A stretch of DNA of 64,000 nt from contig CAZEKH010000003.1 in assembly GCA_964512925.1 (NCBI GenBank), positions 16,772 through 80,771 of the forward strand, in the 5' to 3' direction. Shown piece by piece: positions 1 through 11,468 of this stretch. A model generated the notes under the pieces. That model worked only from the letters and a program-made list of their open reading frames with translations, did not search any database and was not told the DNA's origin. Both the position numbers and the translations under genes were made by a program. The number at the start of each line of letters is the position of its first letter. The stretch's first letter is position 1. Source of the DNA: an uncultured Candidatus Saccharibacteria bacterium. GTDB taxonomy: Bacteria > Patescibacteriota > Doudnabacteria > UBA920.

Positions 1-9
1 TTTAGACAT

Positions 10-1491
10 TTAAATTAAATCTTTCTTTTGGCTATTTTTATCTTTCATTAATGGAAATACCACGGTTTCCCTGATGGATTTGTCTGATAGTACCGCAAAA
101 AGTCTTTCAGAAATGCCAAATCCCGCGGCCGGAGGCATACCGTATTCCATTGCTTCCAGATAGTCCTCATCCAGCATCTGCGCTTCTTCATCACCGGCTT
201 CTCTGAGCTTTAGCTGTTCTTCAAAACGCAAGCGCTGGTCAAGGGGGTCGTTGAGTTCGCCAAAACCTTTTCCAAGTTCTGTGCCATAAGCGATAATTTG
301 CATCCTTTGGACGAGCTTTGGATTTTTTGGGTCCCTTTTCGCCAGAGGTTCAAGTTCAATCGGTTGATCAACTAAAAATACCGGTTTTTGTGAAGGTAGA
401 TTTTTTCTAATTTGTTTAAAGATCAGGTCAATCAGCCTGCCTCGTCCGGCAAATTTCTCGTATTTTAAATGGTTTTCATCGCAATATTTTTTCAAAACTT
501 CGTCGCTTGCTGACATTAAGTCAATGCTGGTGTGTGTTTTAAAAAGTTCTATATAACTGACTTTTTCCCAGCTTCCGGACCAGTCCACGGTTTGTTCCCG
601 CGATTTTATAACCAAAGTGCCAAAAGTATCTGAGATAATTTTTTGATACATTTTCTGCACCATCTCCATCATTTGTTCAAAAGAAGCATATGCCCAATAG
701 AATTCCATTTGGGTGTAGTCCTGCAAATGTTCCGTATCAATGCCTTCATTGCGAAAAATCCTGCCTATTTCAAAAACTTTTTCATAGCCCGCAACTAGCA
801 TTTTTTTAAGTGGCAGTTCCAGGGAAATGCGTAAATAAAAGTCCTTATCAAGCGCATTGTGGTGGGTAATAAACGGCCTGGCCTCGGCTCCGCCGGTTGC
901 CGCCTCTAAAATTGGCATATCAATGTGCAGAAAACCTTGCTGTTGCAGAAAATCTCGCATCGAATTCCAAAACGCGGCCTTTTTTATAAAAATCTCTTTT
1001 GAAGCCGGGTTTAACAAGATGTCTAAATACCTTTTGCGTAAACGAGTTTCTTCATCTTCCAGTCCAAAATGTTCGGAAGGAAGCGGCAGTAAACTTTTGG
1101 CCAATATTTTATAGCCCAAAGCTTCCAAAGTTTTTTCGCCGCTTTTGGTTAAAAAAAGTTTGCCGGAAACCTGGATGAAATCACCGATGTCTATATTTTT
1201 TAAAAAAAACTTAAAAGAGTCTTCGCCTAAACCGTCTTTTTTCAGCAAAACCTGGACACGCGAGGTCTGGTCTTCGATGTGCGCAAAAATGATTTTTCCC
1301 ATATCCCGAAAAGACCTGACTCTGCCAAGTAGTGTGATTTCGCGGTCTGTCAAAGTGTCAAAATTTTCTTGAGCCTCCAAGTTGGTGTGGGTGCGTTCGG
1401 TGACAGATGGGTATGGGTCAAAACCAGAAACTTTTAAGGTGTCTAGTTTGGCTTTTCTATTTTTTACTATGTCTTCCAGTCTTTCGGACAT
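10..1491 (-). CDS. lysS: Lysyl-tRNA synthetase, class II
   Basis: 493-aa ORF; N-terminal OB anticodon-binding region followed by a class II core with motif 2 (IFRNEGIDTEHLQDYTQMEFYWAY) and motif 3 (GFGISERL); full-length collinear with bacterial LysS. Confidence 0.93.
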   Translation of the reverse strand: MSERLEDIVKNRKAKLDTLKVSGFDPYPSVTERTHTNLEAQENFDTLTDREITLLGRVRSFRDMGKIIFAHIEDQTSRVQVLLKKDGLGEDSFKFFLKNIDIGDFIQVSGKLFLTKSGEKTLEALGYKILAKSLLPLPSEHFGLEDEETRLRKRYLDILLNPASKEIFIKKAAFWNSMRDFLQQQGFLHIDMPILEAATGGAEARPFITHHNALDKDFYLRISLELPLKKMLVAGYEKVFEIGRIFRNEGIDTEHLQDYTQMEFYWAYASFEQMMEMVQKMYQKIISDTFGTLVIKSREQTVDWSGSWEKVSYIELFKTHTSIDLMSASDEVLKKYCDENHLKYEKFAGRGRLIDLIFKQIRKNLPSQKPVFLVDQPIELEPLAKRDPKNPKLVQRMQIIAYGTELGKGFGELNDPLDQRLRFEEQLKLREAGDEEAQMLDEDYLEAMEYGMPPAAGFGISERLFAVLSDKSIRETVVFPLMKDKNSQKKDLI

Positions 1492-1530
1492 AAATTTAAT
1501 TTTATGAATAAAGGATATCCCAAGTATATC

Positions 1531-1577
1531 AAAAAACAGCTGATTTTGCCAATTTTCTGGCTAAAATGAGCTGTTTT
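1531..1577 (-). terminator. Hairpin followed by a U-run on the minus strand, downstream of greA
   Basis: Minus strand reads cagctcattttagcc..ggcaaaatcagctg followed by tttttt; stem arms seen directly. Confidence 0.45.
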
Positions 1578-1583
1578 GGATTT

Positions 1584-2045
1584 TTATTCTATACTGATAA
1601 CTTCGTAAGCCATTTCCCCTGCCGGGGTTTGTACTTTGACTTTGTCTCCTGACTTATGTCCCAAAAGCGCTGTGCCGACTGAGGATTCGTTGGAGATTTT
1701 ACCTTCTTTGGGATTGGCTTCGTTTGAGCCGACAATCGTGTATTTTTTTTCTTTGCCGGAAACTTTGACCACCACAGTACAGCCAATAGTGACAGTTGAT
1801 CCGCGAGCGTGGGTAGTGATTATCTCGGCATTTTTTACCATATCTTCTATTTCCTGGATCCGGCCCTCTATAAAAGACTGTTCTTCCCGAGCCTGGGCAT
1901 AGTCAGCATTTTCCGACAAATCCCCGTGAGCCGCGGCTTCGCGAATGCGTTCAATGACTTCCGGCCTTCTTTTGGTTACCAGATCTTTCAGCTCATCGTT
2001 AAGTTTTTTTAGCCCGTCAGCAGTCAACAGATATTTTTTTGACAT
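1584..2045 (-). CDS. greA: Transcription elongation factor GreA
   Basis: 153 aa; N-terminal coiled coil (LTADGLKKLNDELKDLV..RPEVIERIREAAAHGDLSENADY) and C-terminal FKBP-like domain; typical GreA length. Confidence 0.92.
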   Translation of the reverse strand: MSKKYLLTADGLKKLNDELKDLVTKRRPEVIERIREAAAHGDLSENADYAQAREEQSFIEGRIQEIEDMVKNAEIITTHARGSTVTIGCTVVVKVSGKEKKYTIVGSNEANPKEGKISNESSVGTALLGHKSGDKVKVQTPAGEMAYEVISIE

Positions 2046-2070
2046 AGTATAGATAGTTTACGAATACGAA

Positions 2071-2088
2071 TTCCGCCAGAAGGCGGAA
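2071..2088. repeat. GC-rich palindrome TTCCGCC-N4-GGCGGAA; a related palindrome recurs in the tRNA island
   Basis: ttccgccagaaggcggaa read directly; TCCGCC-N2-3-GGCGGA copies at 15321-15335, 15461-15475, 16134-16147 and a related 14991-15016 hairpin. Confidence 0.5.
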
Positions 2089-2161
2089 CGAGATTGCGAA
2101 AAATAAATTGCTTATAAATTGCTTGTATATATTAGGTTATATTTGTTTTTGTGTCAATATT

Positions 2162-2530
2162 TTATTTGGATTCCAACAAATCGTTTTTTGATCTAATAAT
2201 ATGAATTAATTGAGTACAAATATTTTTACAATGCTGACAGTTGTCTATATGCTTTTGAGAAAGCATAAATTCAAGTAAAGGCAAATATTTTTTTCTAGAA
2301 AGTTTACCGATTCTTCTGGCATTTACTAATACGTTAGTTTCACCTTCAAGACCTATACCATGAAAGTCATGAAATGTTGCTAGCTGTTTGTGAACTCGAT
2401 TATGATCATCTGCAGAAATTTCTTTATTTTTATCCCAAACTAACAAGTCTCCTGATAGAGGCTTTTCAGCCTCATCGTCATTGTCATTTGCAAAAGGTAA
2501 AGAAAACTGTTCTTGTGAGACCGATTTCAT
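2162..2530 (-). CDS. Hypothetical protein with a C-terminal CxxC..C cluster
   Basis: 122-aa ORF in the operon gap between gyrB and greA; acidic N-terminus and a CQHCKNIC motif; no family recognised. Confidence 0.45.
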   Translation of the reverse strand: MKSVSQEQFSLPFANDNDDEAEKPLSGDLLVWDKNKEISADDHNRVHKQLATFHDFHGIGLEGETNVLVNARRIGKLSRKKYLPLLEFMLSQKHIDNCQHCKNICTQLIHIIRSKNDLLESK

Positions 2531-2560
2531 TGAGTTTATTTATACCGAATTTTATGATAC

Positions 2561-4636
<2,076 letters not shown>

Positions 4637-4698
4637 TCAAAGTTTTAGTCTCTAAATCATAGCATATTTTGTTTAAAATTACCATTAATTAAATTCTT

Positions 4699-4726
4699 AA
4701 AAAACCTCTTAATTAAGAGGTTTTTT
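4699..4726. terminator. Bidirectional rho-independent terminator downstream of pheS
   Basis: Perfect hairpin aaaaaaCCTCTTaattAAGAGGtttttt with an A-run and a T-run flanking the stem. Confidence 0.6.
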
Positions 4727-4727
4727 A

Positions 4728-5858
4728 CTATCTTAGTTCAGCATTGTATACTCTTTTAGTTTCTTCATAAAGCTTGTTATGCAGAGGCTCTACTTCTTCG
4801 ACTTTTAGCGTCCGTTCTCTGCTCCTATATACCACCCTATATGTGTAGCTCATACGGTCTTTACCGAATTTAGCATCATTTTCAAATTTGTCCAGCAGGG
4901 TTACTTCTTCTACCAAATCGCCGCCAATTTCCCGAATCAGATCAAAATAATCGTTAGGAGTAAAAGTTTTCTCAACAATGAATGAAATATCCCTAATTAC
5001 AGGCGGGTATTTACTGACCTCTACAAATTTATGTCCGAGCACGAGCTGCTTTTTGACCCTTTCGTCATCGGACCACAGGAGCCTGATATCTGGAAGTGAC
5101 ATAGAAGCAATTGCCAAACGTTCAAGTCCAAAACCAAAAGCCCAGCCATGGTAACCTTCTAGGTCGAAATTAGAAAGCACGCTCTTTCTAGCCATACCGC
5201 AGCCAAGCATTTCAATCCACTGCCCGTTTATTTCCGCTTCCATCTCAAAAGAAGGGTCAGTATAAGGAAAATTGTGGTCGTAAAATCTAAAATTTATGTC
5301 GCCAAAAATGCTTTTTGCGATCTCACTTAAAGTATTTTTCAAATCTTCGGGTGTGATATTCGCGCTATTGTCCGGTCCTAAGTAAAGTCCGCCGAATTGA
5401 TGGAAAACATTCATATGCCTGCTGTCAACTTCGTCTTTCCTATAAACTTTTCCATAACAAACAGCGCCCACAGTTTCTTTGTTCTGGATTCTTTTTTTAA
5501 CTTCCGGATCATTTAGATAGTAATACCAAAAAACCGTGTCGTGGGTTCTAAGCAAATTTTTTTCGTCTACATAATAAGTGTCAGACTTGCTCCTCGCCGG
5601 ATGTCCTTCCGGCATATTGAAAAGGTCAAATAGAATTTCAGACGGTATAATCTCAGGAATTTCTATAACGTCAAAACCCTGCAAGCTTTTGACGTTCATA
5701 GCTCTTTTTACGATTTCAAAAAGCGGGCTCTCAGGACTGCGCGATAAGTCCGGCATATCCAAATACCGCCTGATGCGCATAGCTTCAAAATCTTTTCTAT
5801 TTTCCAGCTCCTTTTTTAACTTCTCTTCTTTAGAACGATCAATATTGATATGAGACAT
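4728..5858 (-). CDS. pheS: Phenylalanyl-tRNA synthetase alpha subunit with a fused C-terminal FDX-ACB anticodon-binding domain (mitochondrial-type single-chain architecture)
   Basis: 376 aa; class II core (FNMPEGHPARS.., HMNVFHQFGGLY, FGFGLERLAIAS) followed by ~110 aa matching the FDX-ACB fold (SKYPPVIRDISFIV...EEVTLLDKFEND..KDRMSYTYRVVYRSRERTLKVEEVEP), which in bacteria normally sits at the C-terminus of PheT. Confidence 0.88.
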   Translation of the reverse strand: MSHINIDRSKEEKLKKELENRKDFEAMRIRRYLDMPDLSRSPESPLFEIVKRAMNVKSLQGFDVIEIPEIIPSEILFDLFNMPEGHPARSKSDTYYVDEKNLLRTHDTVFWYYYLNDPEVKKRIQNKETVGAVCYGKVYRKDEVDSRHMNVFHQFGGLYLGPDNSANITPEDLKNTLSEIAKSIFGDINFRFYDHNFPYTDPSFEMEAEINGQWIEMLGCGMARKSVLSNFDLEGYHGWAFGFGLERLAIASMSLPDIRLLWSDDERVKKQLVLGHKFVEVSKYPPVIRDISFIVEKTFTPNDYFDLIREIGGDLVEEVTLLDKFENDAKFGKDRMSYTYRVVYRSRERTLKVEEVEPLHNKLYEETKRVYNAELR

Positions 5859-5957
5859 GATACTGATTTACTTATTTTAATACTAATGATACTTACTATA
5901 CGGATTTAAAATATCAGTATTATTCGTATCATCCGTACTAATTCGTATATTTGTATC

Positions 5958-6383
5958 TTATAATATCATGTTATGTTTAAACTGGCTACCAAGTTTTGAG
6001 TCGGGTTTTAAAAGCAAAATTCCCGGTTCAGCCTCTTTGGAAAGTCCGAGTTCAAAAGCGGCGCAGATCATCCCCTGGCTTTCAATACCCCGGATTTTAG
6101 CTTTTTCCAGGGTAAATGGTTCATGTGTTTCGGAGTGGATGTTTTGCGCGATCTTCGCGCCAGGTAAAGCCAGGGCAACTATGTCATTTTCTTTAAAGTT
6201 AAAGGCGCCACAAACTACTGGGTAGACTTCCCTGTCCCCCAGGCTCAATCTGATTATTCTCAATCTATCGGCATTAGGGTGTTTTTCTATGCCGGTGACT
6301 TTAGCCGCAAAAATCCCAGGAAAGGTTTGTGAATTTGTATTGTTCGCAGAAAAAAGAGAAAAGATTTGTTTAATTATATTCAT
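5958..6383 (-). CDS. Standalone tRNA-binding (tRNA_bind/Trbp111/CsaA-like) domain protein, possibly a minimal PheT remnant
   Basis: 141 aa; KVTGIEKHPNADRLRIIRLSLGD..VVCGAFNF..KIRGIESQGMICAAFELGL matches the OB-fold tRNA-binding domain found at the PheT N-terminus, MetG C-terminus and CsaA; immediately upstream of pheS in the same operon. Confidence 0.8.
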   Translation of the reverse strand: MNIIKQIFSLFSANNTNSQTFPGIFAAKVTGIEKHPNADRLRIIRLSLGDREVYPVVCGAFNFKENDIVALALPGAKIAQNIHSETHEPFTLEKAKIRGIESQGMICAAFELGLSKEAEPGILLLKPDSKLGSQFKHNMIL

Positions 6384-6424
6384 TTTATCGTTACGATATT
6401 GAATGATTGAAATTATCTAATAGA

Positions 6425-7918
6425 TCAATACTCTGTGCATTCTTCTTGGTTACACATATAACCGGTGGTGCCGGATTTGGGGTTGTCAAAAAAGGATTTT
6501 AAGGTAAAAGTATCAAATTTTTCCCCGGCTTTGTATTCGTATTCCTTTTGAGTTTTGGGATCCTTGGGCAAAGCTGAGATAAAATCCGGAACCAAAGCAG
6601 ACTGTAGTTTTCCGGTTTGCGGAAAAACAAAATCGGAAGCGCTACTGGAAGGTAAATTTTTCGCCGAGTATATGAGTAACGCAGATCTCAAAGTTTCCAA
6701 ATCCGTTCTTCTAAGATTGTCGAAAATGTCCCCTTCTTCCTGAATTTTGTCTTTTTGAGCGTCCGCAAAATGTTTTTTTATCGCTTGACTGACGCTTTCG
6801 CTGAAGAAACTTAATGTGTAATCCTTGCCGTCTTCGCTGATGTTGTATGAATAAACAAAAACTCCTTGGTTTATCGGATCTTGCGGATTGGTTGCGGTTT
6901 TTACGTATGGCTTGATCTGGGTATACATTTCTTTAAAGTCCGATGTTTTGGGAAAGGATTTGTTGTCTTCATAGAAACGAACCAGTGCTATCCCAACGGT
7001 TTTTATAACAGAGCTTCTTTGGGCGTCTCTATCTTGCTTTGACTCAACAGAGTCATCAAATCCTTCGGGAGTCGAGGTAGCGGTTTTTTTCGGCACTATG
7101 GGATATTTTGGGTCGCTAAATTCATATGTGGTCAGTAAAACATCCCCAAGGCTGTCTTGGGTCGGGCTATGGAGTCCAAACTCCTTAATTTTCCCTTTAA
7201 TTACAGATAGTTCTGCAGTGGTATATTTTTTGTCTGTAACGAGGCTGAAACTGAACAGGGTTGAATCCTTGTCCGAATATTTTGGGTTTTTAGCCGTGTG
7301 GGAGTCTAGGGGGTTTCCTGAGAAAACATTAACTTCATCGCCGTCGCTTAGTCCGTCTTTGTCTGAGTCGGGGTTATTTGGGTCAGTGGACTTTTTATAT
7401 TCTTCTAAATTAGTCAGACCGTCAAAGTCCGGATCCGCCCCATCCCCGCATAACTCTGGGTTTTTGCATAACTCGTCATTGAAATATTTTAATTGCCATT
7501 CTTTTGCAATTGCTGTTAAGGGAGTCCCAGAAGCCGTCTCTGCCGTGTTTTTTACTTTTGAATTTTGATTGAGCGGAGTGTTTAGGGTATTTTCAGATAA
7601 AAGATTTTCCGTTTCTGAGTTCGAGCCGATTTTTTGGGAAATCCACCAAACCAACGGGCTAAGTATTAAAAGTGCTATGACCAAAGCTATGTATACTTTG
7701 TAAGGTTTGAGTAAAGCCATAAATTTTTGAAAACGCGACATTTCTGCCGGGGATTGAGAAACATCACTGAGTTTTGAAGCCTCTAAATTTTTAAGACCCG
7801 AGGGGTTTTGGGGCGAAGAAGAATTGTACTTTGGCATAACATTGAAAAAAAGCGGGCCTGACGCTTGGGCGGAGGGTTCGTTTTCCGGGGGGGTTGTTGG
7901 TGTTGTTTTTTCAAACAT
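6425..7918 (-). CDS. Membrane-anchored secreted protein with thrombospondin type-3-like Ca-binding repeats
   Basis: 497 aa; one TM helix (YKVYIALVIALLILSPLVWWI) and repeated DxDxDG motifs (DGADPDFDGLTNLEEY..DPNNPDSDKDGLSDGDEVN..SDKD). Confidence 0.6.
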   Translation of the reverse strand: MFEKTTPTTPPENEPSAQASGPLFFNVMPKYNSSSPQNPSGLKNLEASKLSDVSQSPAEMSRFQKFMALLKPYKVYIALVIALLILSPLVWWISQKIGSNSETENLLSENTLNTPLNQNSKVKNTAETASGTPLTAIAKEWQLKYFNDELCKNPELCGDGADPDFDGLTNLEEYKKSTDPNNPDSDKDGLSDGDEVNVFSGNPLDSHTAKNPKYSDKDSTLFSFSLVTDKKYTTAELSVIKGKIKEFGLHSPTQDSLGDVLLTTYEFSDPKYPIVPKKTATSTPEGFDDSVESKQDRDAQRSSVIKTVGIALVRFYEDNKSFPKTSDFKEMYTQIKPYVKTATNPQDPINQGVFVYSYNISEDGKDYTLSFFSESVSQAIKKHFADAQKDKIQEEGDIFDNLRRTDLETLRSALLIYSAKNLPSSSASDFVFPQTGKLQSALVPDFISALPKDPKTQKEYEYKAGEKFDTFTLKSFFDNPKSGTTGYMCNQEECTEY

Positions 7919-7928
7919 AATTTTTGTT

Positions 7929-8306
7929 TTAAATTTTTAAACTGAGAAAAATTTCCAAACATACCGCCAGAGCTATCAGGCTTAAAGCCACCCACCAATA
8001 TAAGAGTCCTTGAGAAGATAAAAACAGCAGACTTACAAACAGGAGCGAAATGAAAAAAGATTGTCTTAAACCCGCAAAAAAGTGTTTTGAAAACACCCCT
8101 TCAAAATAGCGTTGCCTGACCATTATTTGAACTATCAGGCATAAGCCTAAAATTGCCAAAAAAATACTAAAGTATAGGCCAAAAAAAATTCCTTTTGAAG
8201 ACTTTTCCGGATCCGTAAAAGAAAGTATTGAGAACGCTGAAAAGATCGACAGTATTGTACTGATTGCGAGTAAGAATAGATTCTTTTTTGCAGACTGAAG
8301 TATCAT
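7929..8306 (-). CDS. Small integral membrane protein, hypothetical
   Basis: 125 aa with 3-4 predicted hydrophobic helices; no family recognised. Confidence 0.4.
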   Translation of the reverse strand: MILQSAKKNLFLLAISTILSIFSAFSILSFTDPEKSSKGIFFGLYFSIFLAILGLCLIVQIMVRQRYFEGVFSKHFFAGLRQSFFISLLFVSLLFLSSQGLLYWWVALSLIALAVCLEIFLSLKI

Positions 8307-8338
8307 AATTTTAGCATATTATTCTTTCAAATCCAAGT

Positions 8339-11281
8339 TCATATAAATATATCAAATTCGCATTTATGTCCTGGTATGGTTTTGTCTATCTCTTTAAAGC
8401 GGTCAAAGCGTATAGTATCAATGATGGTTTCAATTTTTTTGCCTATTTCTGTTTTCAACTCAAAAAGCTCTTCGCGTGTTGCAATCGGTATAACATCTCT
8501 TTCGTTTTCTTTTAAATACCAATATTCCATACTTTCCACCTTCTTTTTCAAAAATTCTTCAGCGGCTAACTGGTATATGTAGAGCTGGCTGATATCTTTG
8601 GAAGCCTTTTTTTCAGGTTTTTTGCCGGTTTTATAATCAATTATTTTAATCCCGTCTTTGCCTTCATCAATGCGGTCAATCTTGCCGACTAAAAAGTATT
8701 CACCGACGGGAAGTTTGAAGAATTGTTCAAGAAAACTGACTTTAGGTTTTTTTACGGCAAAATCTTCAAAAAAATATTTAAGCATATGTTTGCCTAGATC
8801 AAAGTATTGATTTTTTTGTTTTTGGTCGGCGTACCATTCATCTACCCAGTATTTTTCATAAAGTTTTTCCAAGTGCTTAAAATTTAGATCTGAAATTTCT
8901 GATTTAAGCGATCCGAACAAATCAGCCTGTTTTATAGCAGATTTTTTTTGGTGCTCTTTTAAAAATATTTCAAATGTTTTATGTATGCTGTTGCCGAAAC
9001 TGAAATGTGGACTGCCGGGCAAAGGAAGTTTTAAATAATGATGGTATTTAAATTTAAGCGGACAATCAAAAAAATCATTGATTTTAGTATATGAAAATTG
9101 CTTTGGCAACTCCGTATATTTAACCGACGCATTTTTTGTCTCAGGTTTAAAAACAACTTTACCGGTTGCTTTACTGGCTTTTTCCGAAGGAACCAGGTTG
9201 GTTTCTTCTAAAAATACTGAAGGTTTTTTACCCCTAGCCCCTCCATAGTCCTTAGCCCAGCTAAAAAATATGCCGGATTTGGCTCTAGTGATCGCCACAT
9301 AGAAAAGCCTCCGCTCTTCCTGTAGATGAAAATCCCCTTCCGGTAAAATATCTTTTATCAATTCTTTCGGCAGTTCAATGCCTTCGCTTTTTTTTCTGGT
9401 GGGAAAACGTTGGTCCACCATATTGATCACAAAAACATACTCAAATTCCAAACCTTTGGAAGAATGCACAGTTAAAACTTTTAACGCCTCGGGTCCAAGA
9501 TCGGGATCTGTTTTTATGTTTCCTTGGTCACCTGCTTCCATCCGCAGGTTTAAAAGTTTTAGGAAATGATTCAGCGATTTGTCTTCATTCTCTGATTCAA
9601 AATGTTCAATTTCTTTGTAAAATTGTTCAATATTTTCGCGGGTTTGGCTGTTTTGCAAAGTATCTTCAGATATAAGTTTTTCAATCATCAGGTCCCGAAC
9701 AATCAAAATAAACATTTCCGAAGCGGTTTTGTTTTTTTTTGTTTCAGAATGTTTTTTTATCAAAGAACTTAGGGAGGAAATTTTTTTATGCCCATCAAAG
9801 GAAATTTCAGGAATTTCAGCAAACTTGAAAAAAGCGTCGAAAAGCGGTAAGGTTTTTTTGATGGAAAATTCCACAATCCGAGCAATGTCTTCGGCCGGTA
9901 TCTCAAATTGGGGCATAGATATAACTGAATAAAACGACATATGGTCGTAAAAGCGCTCCAAGAATTTAAGATAGTTTATCAGGCTTGAAACTACCGGTTT
10001 TTTATACAGGCCGGTTGAAGCTAGAAAAATGTATGGTATATTTTTGGCTGACAAGATAGGCAAAAGTGGTTCTGCGGATGAATTTGAACGCAGTAAAATC
10101 GCAAAATCATTCCAAGTGGAGTTTTTATTTTCTTTTGAATTTTTCAGAAAAAGGATTTTATCCGCAACGGCATTTAGCTCATCTGCCAGTGTTTTTCCTT
10201 CTATAACCTCAATCAGGCCTACTCTTGAGCCTTTTTTTGGACTTTTCAGCCTTTTGTCTATGCCCAGTTTGGTTTCCAAGCGGTCAGGGTTATTGGCCTG
10301 GATAAAGTTATAAGCCAAATCAAGAATATTTTGTTCGGAACGGTAATTTTCTACCAATGTAACTTGTTTAAAATTGGGAAAGTCTTCTTTGAATTTTAAA
10401 ATGTTGGACACGGACGCGCCGCGAAATTTATAGATTGATTGGTCATCGTCGCCCACCACGCAAATATTTTTTTTATCGCCGCTTAGCAGTTTGACTAATT
10501 GATACTGCGCATAGTTGGTATCCTGAAATTCGTCAACCATCAGATATTTGAAGTGTTCTTGATAGTAGCTTAAAATTTTCGGCCTTTTTTTAAAAAGTTC
10601 CAGAGTATAGCAAATTAAATCGCCAAAATCCAAAAAGTTATTGTCCGCCAAAAGTTTTTGGTATGTATGGTAGCCTGAAGCGATTTCTTCAATTCTGGAT
10701 ATTTCAGCTTCATCAATCCCCGGTTCGGCTGTTTTTACCGACTTTGTCGGCATATCCGTATTCAGCCTTAGATTTTGGGCATAACTTAAATATTCCTGAG
10801 GCGAGATAGTTTCGTCTTTACACCTGGAAAAGTGGGTTAACAGGGCTTCTATGAACTTGTTTGGGTTGCCCATTGGGCGATAATAATCAAAATCAAATTT
10901 GTCAAAATTTTGTTTGACAAAAACCCAAGCCGAGATGTCGTTTAAAAGTTTAAAGTCGTCCGGCAAGCCGATTTCCAAAGCATGATTTTTTAAAATTCTT
11001 TCGCAAAAACTGTGAAAGGTGGAAATCCAGGAATCGTAGTAGCCCAGCTCCATAAGAATATCTGCTCTTTCCTGCATCTCCCCGGCAGCTTTTTCAGTAA
11101 ATGTTAAAGCCAGTATCTGTTCCGGTTTCGCCAGCTTTTGTTCCACCAAGTATGCTATGCGCCTAGTTATAACCGTAGTCTTCCCAGTTCCCGCCCCAGC
11201 CACTATCAAAAGCGACCCGTTTGTATGGATGACAGCCTGTTTTTGTTCGGTATTTAAATTTTCTAAAAGTTTCTGCCCCAT
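8339..11281 (-). CDS. UvrD/PcrA-family SF1 helicase fused to a C-terminal PD-(D/E)xK (RecB/Cas4-like) nuclease domain
   Basis: 980 aa; Walker A AGAGTGKT, UvrD motifs (LVDEFQDTN, VVGDDDQSIYKFRGA, TVHSSKGLEFEYVF); C-terminal ~230 aa with GKIDRID and IIDYKTGKK nuclease motifs. Confidence 0.85.
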   Translation of the reverse strand: MGQKLLENLNTEQKQAVIHTNGSLLIVAGAGTGKTTVITRRIAYLVEQKLAKPEQILALTFTEKAAGEMQERADILMELGYYDSWISTFHSFCERILKNHALEIGLPDDFKLLNDISAWVFVKQNFDKFDFDYYRPMGNPNKFIEALLTHFSRCKDETISPQEYLSYAQNLRLNTDMPTKSVKTAEPGIDEAEISRIEEIASGYHTYQKLLADNNFLDFGDLICYTLELFKKRPKILSYYQEHFKYLMVDEFQDTNYAQYQLVKLLSGDKKNICVVGDDDQSIYKFRGASVSNILKFKEDFPNFKQVTLVENYRSEQNILDLAYNFIQANNPDRLETKLGIDKRLKSPKKGSRVGLIEVIEGKTLADELNAVADKILFLKNSKENKNSTWNDFAILLRSNSSAEPLLPILSAKNIPYIFLASTGLYKKPVVSSLINYLKFLERFYDHMSFYSVISMPQFEIPAEDIARIVEFSIKKTLPLFDAFFKFAEIPEISFDGHKKISSLSSLIKKHSETKKNKTASEMFILIVRDLMIEKLISEDTLQNSQTRENIEQFYKEIEHFESENEDKSLNHFLKLLNLRMEAGDQGNIKTDPDLGPEALKVLTVHSSKGLEFEYVFVINMVDQRFPTRKKSEGIELPKELIKDILPEGDFHLQEERRLFYVAITRAKSGIFFSWAKDYGGARGKKPSVFLEETNLVPSEKASKATGKVVFKPETKNASVKYTELPKQFSYTKINDFFDCPLKFKYHHYLKLPLPGSPHFSFGNSIHKTFEIFLKEHQKKSAIKQADLFGSLKSEISDLNFKHLEKLYEKYWVDEWYADQKQKNQYFDLGKHMLKYFFEDFAVKKPKVSFLEQFFKLPVGEYFLVGKIDRIDEGKDGIKIIDYKTGKKPEKKASKDISQLYIYQLAAEEFLKKKVESMEYWYLKENERDVIPIATREELFELKTEIGKKIETIIDTIRFDRFKEIDKTIPGHKCEFDIFI

Positions 11282-11468
11282 TTTTTCTTTACGTTCAAAA
11301 TTTTTTTTAAATTTATTTTACTTCTACCAGATCTTATAGTTACAAAAAATATTTTGTGTTTAAAAGCTGAATTATTCTGCCGATCGGAAGTTTAAAAAAC
11401 ATTAAATATGAAACATTAAAATTAGTCGCTGTTCAACCTGGATCTTTGCGCCGAACCTTAAATTTTTC

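Noticed and set aside
7098-7568. Plus-strand ORFs lying wholly inside minus-strand genes (e.g. 7098-7568, 27427-28164, 40643-41176, 59199-59534, and many 60-110 aa ORFs)
   Set aside because: They are antisense shadows of well-supported minus-strand genes. Their amino-acid composition is biased (runs of S/F/L/K), and they have no motifs or independent start context. Example: 59199-59534 is the GV-repeat mirror of the PT linker.
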